A stretch of 64,000 bases of DNA from the NCBI RefSeq assembly GCF_006345805.1, contig NC_043023.1:21204001-21268000 (forward strand), written 5' to 3'. The position numbers were made by a program, and so were the translations under genes. The notes under the pieces were generated by a model. That model searched no databases and was not told where the DNA came from. It worked only from the letters and a program-made list of their open reading frames with translations. Numbering within the stretch: position 1 is the first letter of the stretch; the number at the start of each line of letters is the position of its first letter. Source of the DNA: Octopus sinensis. Its lineage: Eukaryota. Below, piece by piece: positions 25,401 to 37,123 of the stretch.

Positions 25401-28400
25401 TCGCATAACCAGCCCCTTTTAAAAGTGCCCTTGAATCACAGAGTGATAAGTTGCGCTTGAGAAGAATTTCTGAATCAAGTAAAACCAAAAACCAGAAATC
25501 ACGAATCAAAATCAAATCAAGATCGAAATCAAAATGCAAATTGTAATTATGGCCGATGCCAGTGCCGCCTCACTGGCAACCGTGCCGGTGGCACGTATTA
25601 CGTAACATTCAAGCGTTGTTTGTGCCCAGTGCCGCCTGACTGGTTCCCTGTGCCGTTGGCATGTAAAAAGTACCATCCGAACGTGGTCAATACCAGCTCC
25701 CACTTCAACTGGCTCCTGTGTCGGTGGCACGTAAAAAGCACCCACCACACTCTCGAAGTGGTTAGGAATGGCATACATATGTGGAAACCTTGCCAGATCA
25801 CATTGGAGCCTGGCGCAGCCTACTGCCTTGCCAGTGAAATCGTCCAACCCATGCTACAATGAAAACGGACGTTAAACGATGATGATGATTATGATGATGA
25901 TGATGCGTTCCGTCACCAAATGACAATATTAACTCTATTGTGTCTTCTAATTTGAACATTATTACCAACAGCATTAACCTCAATGAGTATTTCATAAACT
26001 CTCAGCAAATCGATATCTTTAATTCAATTATTATACGGATAATCGTTCAATTGGAAAAGGGGAATGGAAGCTGTTTTCAGTTATTTTTTCAAGCACAATA
26101 TACTCGGGGGAAGAAAACCTTACAGAAATCAATTAGGAACTATTATTTTATACTCACCTATTGCTTGAGATGCAGCCCCTAATTCCTGACATGTAGCCTC
26201 CGTTTGTACACATCTGTCCTCAAACTCTGGAGCCCCTGAAATAAATATTTCCAAGTTTTACACTTAAAAATAAACTTCCTTTATCTTTATTTTTATTAAA
26301 CACTACCTTGTTATTGTGAGACATTCAATTCCTGTCGTTACTGGTCAACTGTTGACCATTATGGTTTTGGTCAATATTTCTGTACTTTCTACAGTGGTCC
26401 CATGTAATAGCCCAATATGTCCACAATAAAACAGACTAACATTCCTAAATCCACCCTCTCTCTCTCTCTCTCTAAAAACACATTAAATATTCTAACAATG
26501 TACCAATTATCTCATTTAATTAAAACTTGATAACAGTTTTCTCTTAGCTTTGTCTTTCTTTTCTTATAACTGTGCCAAATCTATGGCATGGCACTCTCCT
26601 CCCATCTCTAGAATTCACTAATCAACATTCCTCTCTAATTAAGTAAAACTGAGGCCATTAAGACAGGTTATTTATGTGCATACCCTCCACCCCGCACACA
26701 ATCTGTCCCCTAAAAATCATCTCCTCAAGCCAAATTCCATACACCCTTTCCCACCAAGATCCCTAAGAAGATATAACATGTAATGTGAGGGTACACGATG
26801 TTCCTATGACAAAATAAGTTTACATTTCATACATACAAATATAAGAGAGTTAATGAGTTATAGCTTATTAATTATCATGATAATTGGGTATATATGTGAT
26901 ACAATGGCACTGTGCTTGACGGTGCAATACTAGATATCAATATAGATTGTATATAATCTGAGTAAAGAACATATAACCTTCATTACTATGAATATGATTG
27001 TGTCTTAGCACAGCTAATATTATGGTAGTTCCATGAGCAAACGAAGAAAGATATAACCAAGTCCACTGCCAAATACTAATGATTAATTCATTTCCTGGTC
27101 AAATAACAATGACTATCTTTCATTAAATAATTTGAACGCAACAATCAAGACCAAGGGTGAAACACTCAGAAAACTGTGCCTCTTTTAGCATTAATATCAT
27201 CTAAAATCTAACAAGAGTGAGAAAAAGAATGACTATATGGATGGTAAATGTTGTTCAAACAATGTAATAAGTGTATATTATATATAGTTACAAACAAGGA
27301 TTTGTGCATTCAAGTTATATTCAATTTCCGTTTGTATATTTTGTATAAACACCAATAATTTGTTTAAATGCAAACAGATGTTCACGGTTCAATACCAAAT
27401 TTAACATTTAATAAAATTAAGTTCATGATGAATATTCTTATACAGAGTTAATATTTAATTAGAATTTTCTAATTTGCAACAACAAAATGTATTCTTACCA
27501 CAGACATTCAGGGTACACAGCCCCAGAAAATACAACATATTACGACAGACATCTGGCTACATAACAACATCAAGAATAACCTATCAGAAAACTTACGAAA
27601 GATCTTAGTAGAAAAACAAACAACTATCTTAACTCACGAGTTTACACCTAAAAATAATAATAAATTATAGTTCCCTCTTCCAGAAGACAATATTAACTCT
27701 ATTGTGGCTTTTAATTTATCCATTTTACCAAACATGTTAACCCCGACTTTATGAAATTTCGGTAATATTTTTAATACAATTACTTTAGAGCTAACCTTTC
27801 AAATGGAAATTAGAAATGGGATTTGTTCTCCACCATTCTAATAAGCAAAATAGCTGAGGTGAATATAAAATCTATAGAAATTAATTAAGTTCTCTAATTT
27901 TAAACTCATCAACTGTCTCTGCCACAGTCTGCACTCCCTTCTCTTCAAACTTTGGACTCTCTGAAATATGTGTTTCCAAGTTTTATATTTATTTATAGCA
28001 CAATCCCTTTATATTTATTAATAATCTATATTTTATTATTGAGAGACATTCATATCATCAATGGCCAACAAGCGATCATAATGCTTTTGGTCAATATTTT
28101 TATACTTTCAACAGTGGACCCATGTTATAGCCAATATTTAGCTCCGAAACGAACTCTAGTTGATCTTTGTAAATTTCCTCTCTCTGTTAAGATATCCTAC
28201 ATAATCTAACAATGCTGTAATTATATCACTTAATTATCACTTAATAACAGTTTATCTGTAGGTTTTGGTTTCCTTGCTTATATCTATGCCAAATCTATTG
28301 CATTTTCAAAACCCTGATCTTCACTAACAACCTGTTTAATTCCAGTGTCAACAAATTTATTTATCAAAGATATAACAACAAACACATGTCACAACCACTT

Positions 28401-30220
28401 CAAGAAGGAGAAACATACACCTAATCTCTTTGTTAAACATTGTTGCTGATAATTCCTAATTTTAACTTCACAGTTCACCAGAATGTCATCTCATTCAGGA
28501 TATATTTGAAGGTTTCATGATCTGGTTGCTTGACAAACAAAACTGTCTCTATTAGCCTTAATATCCTCCAATTACAAACATAACAACATGGAATTGTGTG
28601 TTAAAGTCTCTCAAACTAGTGACATCTAATTTTACTCCTTTAAAATATTCTACTGAATTTAATACTTTACCAAAGATGACACTGATGTCCTTGTAAGTAC
28701 TGTTGTATTTACTTATCTTCTAACAACTCATAATTAATTATAGTGTTGATGGAGATTTATTGATACTTCAGTTACTCACTAATTATCTTGCAGAATCCTC
28801 CATTATCTTTATGTTGCAGACTACAACCCTCTTGAAGTGTGACATGTTTCCTACTTGGATAAGGTCAATGTTTAGTGTATGTAGTGTGAGAGATATACTA
28901 TTACAGAGAACAGACACTAGGAACACCTTTTATCATAAATCTGCCAGATTATGGCAGACCTCTGCCTACATAACAACATGAAGTATATTATTCTACACAA
29001 TAAGGGCAGTGGGACAATGAGGACAAACAGACAGATCAGCAAAGAATATTCTTACCAACTCGACCTCTGCCTGTTATTACAGGTTTTAAACACTTCAGAC
29101 ATTGTTGAAGTGGAATGTTTGAACATTCTTCACATGTCAGAAGGTGTTCACAGGGATGAACTTTTGTTGTGGCCGCTTTATTTCTGCACAGCAAACATCT
29201 GTGGACAAAACAGAAACATCCAATCAATAACATTCATTTATAACAAATATTACATTATTTACATGTTCGGAATAGAGAATATTATAAGATACATCAGTAA
29301 CTACCAAGAGTAGAGCAGAAATTCTTCTTTAAACAATTACATACATACAGATATTTGTGTAGTTAAATGGCATGCTCACACACACACACACATACATACA
29401 TACACACACATGCATACATACATTGATAAATGTTTGTCTTGACCCTGATACATCATAGAAATTGGTTGACACACAGTGAACTACATATATTCCAGAAATA
29501 TATTTCACTTCTAACATCGAACTCATTTCTTCTGAACAAATATATCTACACAGGTTTCTTTATATACACATACTTTATTATATACATTTCGTCACCACAG
29601 ATTAGCAGAAGAAGGTTCCAGTACTGTAGAGTGGCAGGAATAGCCCGAAACCAGACCTGGTCTGCTGGTCCTGTTGCTATAAGATGGTAGGGGTTTGATC
29701 CCCTGCTCGCAATTAATCGGATGCACCTTTGCATCGTTAATTAGCTAGAGGAGGTGTTCTCTTGGGGTTAAACATTCACAGTAGAGTCCATTCGAACAGA
29801 TATTCATGTTGGCGTGCCTACGAATATTACTTATATATATTTTTGTCCAACCCGTGCTAGCACGGAAAACGGATGTTAAACGATGATGATGATGAGGATG
29901 ATATATCTATCATATATATATATATATGCGGAGGCGCAATGGCCCAGTGGTTAGGGCAGCAGACTCGCGGTTGTAGGATCGCGGTTTTGATTCCCAGACT
30001 GGGCATTGTGAGTGTTTATTGAGCGAAAACATCTAAAAGCTCCACGAGGCTCCAGCAGGGGGTGGTGATCCCTGCTGTACTCTTTCACCACTCTTTCTTC
30101 TGTTGGCCTGCTCGCTTAGCCAGCGGGGTGGCGTCATTCGAAGGCTAAAACAATGTGAATGCATTGTGACCAGTGATGTGTAACTACATCTGATGGACTG
30201 GTCGGTCACGTGATCACTTG

Positions 30221-30276
<56 letters not shown>

Positions 30277-33200
30277 GTGTATGCATGATAGGTTTCGGCC
30301 AGTATTAGCGCAGGTCATGTTTAACGTAATCCCACTACCGGGCGAATCAGGATGCGGACAACATAACCCACTCGAGGAGAGAGTTGCTGTTTACGGGGAC
30401 ATATCCTGGTGTTGGTGTTTTATCCGGGATTTCTTGAAGGATATTTCAAAATACTTCTTGAACTTTATGGGGGTCTTTTTCTGCTTTAATGTATTTTGGT
30501 GTAATGCTAAATGGAGTGGGTCCACTTGAGGGGAAATAATTTTGCCGTATTGTTGTTAAGTGATGCGAGTTTGATTTATGCTGTGGGCAGATAATACGGG
30601 GCCCAGGCCTTGGGTATATCTTAAAGCTGATGCCAACATCATTTGGGCAATGCTGATGAGATATTTTCCACCATGATTTTGGGAGGCTTTATTATATGTA
30701 TCGTGCATGTAGTTCTAGTTTTCTGTCCCTTATTTTGCCCCTTTCCAATAATATCAGCTGCGCTCTGTAGACTTCTTCTTCTTCTTCTTCTTATTATTAT
30801 TATTATTATTATAATAACAACATTCACATAAACGATTATTTGTAAAAGCAAATAAAATCTTCTGAAGCTTGTCAATTGAAGAAAACAGATCAATATTTAT
30901 ACAATCCAAAAATCAATATCTATGAACAATAGGCGCAGGAGTAGATGTGTGGTAAGTAGCTTGCTTACCAACCACATGGTTCTGGGTTCAGTCCCACTGA
31001 GTGGCATTTTGGGCACGTGACTTCTACTATAGCTTCGGACTGACCAAAGCTTTTTGAGTGGATTTGGTAGAGGGAAACTGAAAGAAGCCCGTCGCATATA
31101 TATATATATATATGTGTGTGTGTGTTTGTGTGTGTATTTGTCTGTCTGTGTTTGTCCCTCCACCATCGCTTCACAACCGATGTTGGTGTGTTTATATTCC
31201 CGTAATCTAGCGTTTCGGCAAATAAGTACTAGGCTTACAAATAATAAGTTCTGGGGCCGTTTTTTTCGACTAAAGGCAGTGCTCCAGCATGGCCGCAGTC
31301 AAATGACTGAAACAAGTAAAAAGTAATATTTGAATTTCAACAGACAAAGAAAGCTTTGTATATTCACTAAGGGGGAAATGTGTCTGCTTCTTAAGTAGCA
31401 AATACAGAGAGATGTATGGCAAAGAAATTGCCAAATCTTATAAAATACGGGAGTGAAAGGCGACTAAAACACCTAGTAATGGTATATGTGTTACTTGAAT
31501 TATTTACGTTTCCAGGCAGTTTTTTTTCTTCTATGAAGATATGTGGCAATATTCCATCAGTATTTGCAGAAATATAATATATACACTGTTGGTGTGTGTT
31601 TGTAGGTTATTTTTCTATGAAATCATTTGAAATATTGACTGATTCGGACTTAGAAGAGTGAGAAAAAGTTGTTGGTAGACAGATAAATTCCACTTAATTC
31701 TAAGTAACAGTTTCAAAATGGAATTCATTCACTTCATTATTTAGATCTATATTTTCCTATTGATCACAAATCTTTAAAATAGGGAACGAAGAGGAGTAGG
31801 TGGGGGTGGACAGTGAAGTATAAATGTCAACACTACGAATCATGTGAATGTAATCAAAATCGTGTTCTTTCTTTGATCTCCTAACAACTGCATATTGTTT
31901 ATTGTGTGGCCTTTGACAAAGACACTAGCGACAGTATAATGTATATCGTAGAATTGAAACGAAATAAACATATAAATATGATTATATACAAAATAGGAAA
32001 TGTACTGGTTTATCCGTTCCATAGCCAGGAAATACTTACTGTGGTTGTAAAAATGTTTCTAAGTTTTTTCTCAAATTTGGGTCCTTAATGAGGTCCAATG
32101 GTCTGTTATTTTTGTTGTTTTTATGGTGAAAGTCAGCTCCCTGGCTGGCGAGATATCTCGCAACCACTATACCAGAGAGACTTCTTTTCTTTTTTAGGTT
32201 GGTGGCAGTGCAGCACTACAAATAATGAAATATAAAATGATGACAATATTACACAAAGATTCATAACAAATGCCCCTAATTACACAAAAGTTCATCTAAA
32301 TTTACTCATAGGTTGTTTATCCACTAATTAAAGCAATTACAAAGTATTGAGTTCCTACATAATCTTTAATTGAGTCCATTTCCCATTTTTATGCTTTTAC
32401 TTTATTTTCAACACTGAGACACCCTCTAAATATATTGTCATTACATTGAGCAGGACAAACCGTATTGATTAACATCAAGCTCATTGATAATTAATGAGTA
32501 AATATTTACTTGTCAATCACAAATATCACAATATATTCAATAGAAAAGTCAAATATAGGAAGAACAAACCAACAAGAACCTATCTATATAATTGGCTTGA
32601 TAAAGGCGACCGTGTGGCCATAAGAAAGAGTATTGTATATATAAATATAACACAACATGAGAAGATAGAACATAAGTTATATCAGAAACAAAAACACCTA
32701 TAACATAACAAAGTCAATACCACACAGACATGACCAAACATATCAATAATGTTTCCATAATTAAGCAAGAAGCATCTTTGAATGATGACGGTGAAGTAAA
32801 GGAAGCAGGAATTAGTGTCAAGTCAGAAAAGTAATGGAGGAGTATTTTTAATCACGGACAAGTGAATTTTGGAAGAGGCGACTCGCAAGTCTACCAGATA
32901 GATGGAAGAGCATTGTAGAAAATGAAGGAGAACATGTTTTAGATTAACAGAAAAAAGTACTTTGTTTATCTTAATTTTGAAAAATATAAGAATTATAAAA
33001 AACTGCTTCATTTTTGAGATGACAGCAAAAAGTCCAGTAGAATTGAAGTCCATACTGTTGCTGACATCAGATAGCCGAATACAGTGAACGGGCTTTAAAC
33101 AGCATTTTACAAGATATATACTCAAACTCAAAATCATTACTTGTGTGTGTATGTGTACATGAGTGTGTGTGTGCCTAAGTACAGAACTTAAATACATGAA

Positions 33201-33741
33201 ATCTCACTAAGGACCATGCTTTATTGTATTCATTCTCTAGTGTCCTAACATTGAACATTCTTATGACATGTCCACAAGAAGTCAGTGGATTCATGTCGTG
33301 TGCAAGAAGTAGGATAGAGAGCAGTTTCACTCAGAATACTTCATAGAATGGACTGGCTGTATTTACCATGGCACCAGCACTATAAAGCTCAGACATCTCT
33401 TCTATCCTGCATCATTGTTAATTGAGAATAATATCTCCTCTATTAAATAGTCCACTTCTCCGTCTCATTGTGATGGCTGTGTTTATATGTCCAACAACTG
33501 AGAAGGGTCACCTCTCGACCGTGGTGAGACGACATCTTTGAGAGGGAAAGGAGATGGAATACTTTTCGTTACATAATATCACTCGGGTCATAAGGGGAGA
33601 CTGGATCACGGAATGGTAATGGAGGATGGGGTTGATAGGGGAGAATTGATACGTGACACACAAAGCTTGTCTGTCTGTCTGTCTGTCTCTCTCACACACT
33701 CCCACAAAGACTCACAAATACACAAATTCACACACACATAT

Positions 33742-33797
<56 letters not shown>

Positions 33798-34527
33798 CAT
33801 CATCATCATCATCATCGGACGTTAAATGATGATGATGATGATGATGATGATATAAATATACACACACAAACAATTTAAAAACTTACTTCGTTTAGTAAAT
33901 CCATGGGTGCACCCTCGGAATTAAACACTTCTGTTTCCATGGCAAGGTGCAAACAGCTGTTACCTTCACCATCAACAGCATTTATGCTTGCACCCAGGGC
34001 TATTAGCTTGTGTGTCATTCCGAGGTGACCCCGGGAAACGGCTTCAAGCAATGGTGTCATTTTATTTTTGTTCCGAATATCCAACTGAAGTGAACCCTTT
34101 GTGGAAGTAAAAATAGAAAATGAAAATTTACATGAAAATCAGGATGGATATCAATGTGTCATTATTGTCTTCTACTGTATACTTGATCAAACTGATCATG
34201 TACATTTGATGTTTGCCCGTAAAATCAACCTTCGTAAGATCCTCTAGATGTTGCTTTGAGAATGTGTTCTAGACAGGATAAAGATGTCCTAAATAGATTG
34301 TTTCAGCTTAATCTACCTTTATTCCTAACTATAGTAAGTTTTAGGGGAGCTGAACACGAGTGAACACATGATTAACAGATCAAGACTAGTAAAGAAGAAT
34401 TAAAATTTCTAAAGTATACTTTTGATGTTGTTATAATTAATAAGAAGTTCATAAAACTGTTGAGGTGGTTAGTGTCCACCCCCATGAAATTAATGCGTGT
34501 GCACACACACATACACAGAAACACACT

Positions 34528-34562
<35 letters not shown>

Positions 34563-37092
34563 AGAGAGAGAGAGATTTATATACATTACTGTTGGATATA
34601 TAAATATATATGTTGAATGAGGAATATGTAAAATGAAGTTCACGAGAAAATTTATTCATCACAACAATTGGTTTGACCCATCTTGCATCGATTCCTTGTG
34701 GGTGGGAGAGTTCTCGGTATCGCTTGGTATGCTGTTGTTGTCAGTAGGTTCTTGGATTATAGCATTATAGCCAACAACCTCCTGGCAACAACATGCCAAG
34801 CGAAACCGAGAATATTTAGTGAGGTTTCTTCTGTAAAACAAGACACCAGATGCAATGAATCTGTACCGGAGGATGCAACACATCCAAACCACAAGGGTCC
34901 GATGCAAAATGGGTCAATACTCCATTTCCCAATCCCCCATTTGTAATAAAACTCAAAAAACCCTGAAATTCCTGAGGTAGACTAAGTGACAATTATATCA
35001 CAACGTGTGTGTGTGTGTGTGTGCAGACATACATACATACATATATAGAGAAACTGTTCACAGTTGTGGGAATTAGCTGTCCAGCGGATGTTGACATAAA
35101 GTGAAAAATAGAATATCTGGAAATAAACTGAATAATGACATACCTACGTATATATTTGTTTTGTTTGCAGAAAAGATAAATCCGGAGAAGAAGCACACTC
35201 TAAGATGTAGAGCAGTGTATATTTTAAAACCGGGGAAGGCCAGTTTCCGGGATTACCCTTGGTCTCCGGTCCAAAAAGGATTTAGCTTCATGGCGTATCA
35301 TTAGACCCCAAAACCTGTTGGCCTAAGACCTCTTCTAAATATGGAGGGTAGAAAAGCCCTTCGCCTCATACGCCTAATCACGTCCAATAGCTTTTCCAGC
35401 TGCATACGGGTGTATAGTTCGTTGGATGACGTGGGGATGTTATTGCTAGAGTAGCCGAGGCAAATTCTTTCATATTTATGGGAGACCCGTGGTTTCAGTG
35501 AATATGTAGAAACGCTTTTCTCTTTTCTTTTCCTCTCTCTCTCACATTTTCCTTTCTATCTTTCTCTCTCTCTATGTCTCTTAGTATTTGTTCTCTCTTT
35601 CTCTTTCTTTCCTTCCTCTCTTTTTATCTCTCTTTTCTTTTATCACTTTCTCTCCTGCTTTACTTTTCTCTCTTCTTTATCTCTCTCCTTTTTTCCCCCT
35701 CTTTCTCTCTTTGTCTCTCTCTTCCTCTTTCTCTCTGTTATCTCTTTTCTCTGGCAATTTTTCTCTTCTCTTTTTCTCTCTTCCTCCCTCTCCCTCTCTT
35801 TCTCTGTCTCTTTGTCATTTCCTTTTTCTTTTCTTTCCCTCTTTTCCTTTTCTCCCTTTAAGGGACTTACTTTTTTCTTTCTCTCCTCTCTTGCCTTCTC
35901 ACTTTCTTTTCTCTCTTCTCCCTCTTTCTTTTCTCTCCTCTCTTGCCTTCTCACTTTCTTTTCTCTCTTTCTCCCTTTCTTTTCTCTCCTCTCTTGCCTT
36001 CTCACTTTCTTTTCTCTCTTTCTCCCTCTTTCTTTTCTCTCCTCTCCTGCCTTCTCCCTTTCTTTTCTCTCTTTCTCCCTCTTTCTTTTCTCTCATTCTC
36101 TTTATCCCTTTTTCGTCTCGTTATCCATCTCTTTCTCATTTCTCTCTCTTTCACTGTTTGTTTTTCCTCTTTCTTCCTCTCTCTCTCTCTCTCCCTTTTT
36201 CTCTCTTTATTTCTCTCAGTCCCTTTTTCTTCTCTTACCTTCCATCTTTCTCTCTTCCTCTTTTTCTATTCTCGCTCTCTCCCTCTCTGCTTCTTTTCTC
36301 TCTCTTTTTATTTTCTGCTTTTCCTTCTCCCTATCTCTCTCTATCTTTTTCTTTTCACTCTTTCGCTCGTTTTCTTTGTCTATTCTCTCTTTCTCTCTCA
36401 TTTCCTCATTGTCTTTTCTCTCTCTCTTTCTTTTCTCTCTTTTTTTCTCTCTCTCTCTCTTTCTTTTCTCTCTTTCTTTTCTCTCTTTCTTTTCTCTCTT
36501 TCTCCCCCCCCCTTCTTCATCTCTTTCTTCCTCTTGTTTCTTTTTCTCTCTCTCTTTCTTTTCTCTCTTTCTTTTCTCGCTTTTCTCTCCTTCTTTCTCC
36601 CTCTCGTTTTATTTTTATCCTTCTTCCTCTCTCCCACTCATTCATTTCTCTCTTTCTTTTCTCTCTCGTTTTCTTTTTCCAATCTCATTCTCTTTATCTT
36701 TTCTCTCTTTTTTTCTCTCTCTCTTTCTCTGTTTCTTTTCTCTTTTCGTCTTCTCTATAGTTCTCTCTATATTTTCTTTTCTTTCTTCTATTTTTCTCTT
36801 CCTCTCTTCTTTTTTCTCTTTCTTTTTCTTTCTCTCTTCTGCTTGTTTCAGTCATGAGACTGTGGCCATGCTGGGGCTCCTCCTTGATTTTGTCTTTTAT
36901 GTGTGGTACCTTTTCTGTCTGATGAGCAGCAACCTCTAGCCCTCTTTTGCTTAAGTGCTAAGTAACAGGGATGCAAATACACCAACACCGGTTATCAATT
37001 AGCAGTTGGGGACACACACTAACATAGATACACATGCATACACACAAACCCCACTCAATAATACACACACATCTGCTTGGCAGTATACACAC

Positions 37093-37123
<31 letters not shown>

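Larger units (their letters stand above)
19760..27140. repeat. ~2-kb tandem duplication (4 copies), each carrying one 78-nt exon
   Basis: Units begin ACCAAATGACAA..ACTCTATTGTGTCTTCTAATTTGAAC at ~19760, 21758, 23834, 25915. Units 1-3 end in an RTE 3' fragment (~20990-21750, 22985-23825, 25075-25905) that is absent after unit 4. Confidence 0.95.

Noticed and set aside
29928-30005. tRNA-like sequence (also heads at 3760, 30931, 50847, 62798)
   Set aside because: Heads of multi-copy SINEs with no complete cloverleaf; not called as tRNA genes.
35588-36939. 390-, 375- and 304-aa F/S/L-rich ORFs
   Set aside because: Polypyrimidine tract open in all frames; no domain content.
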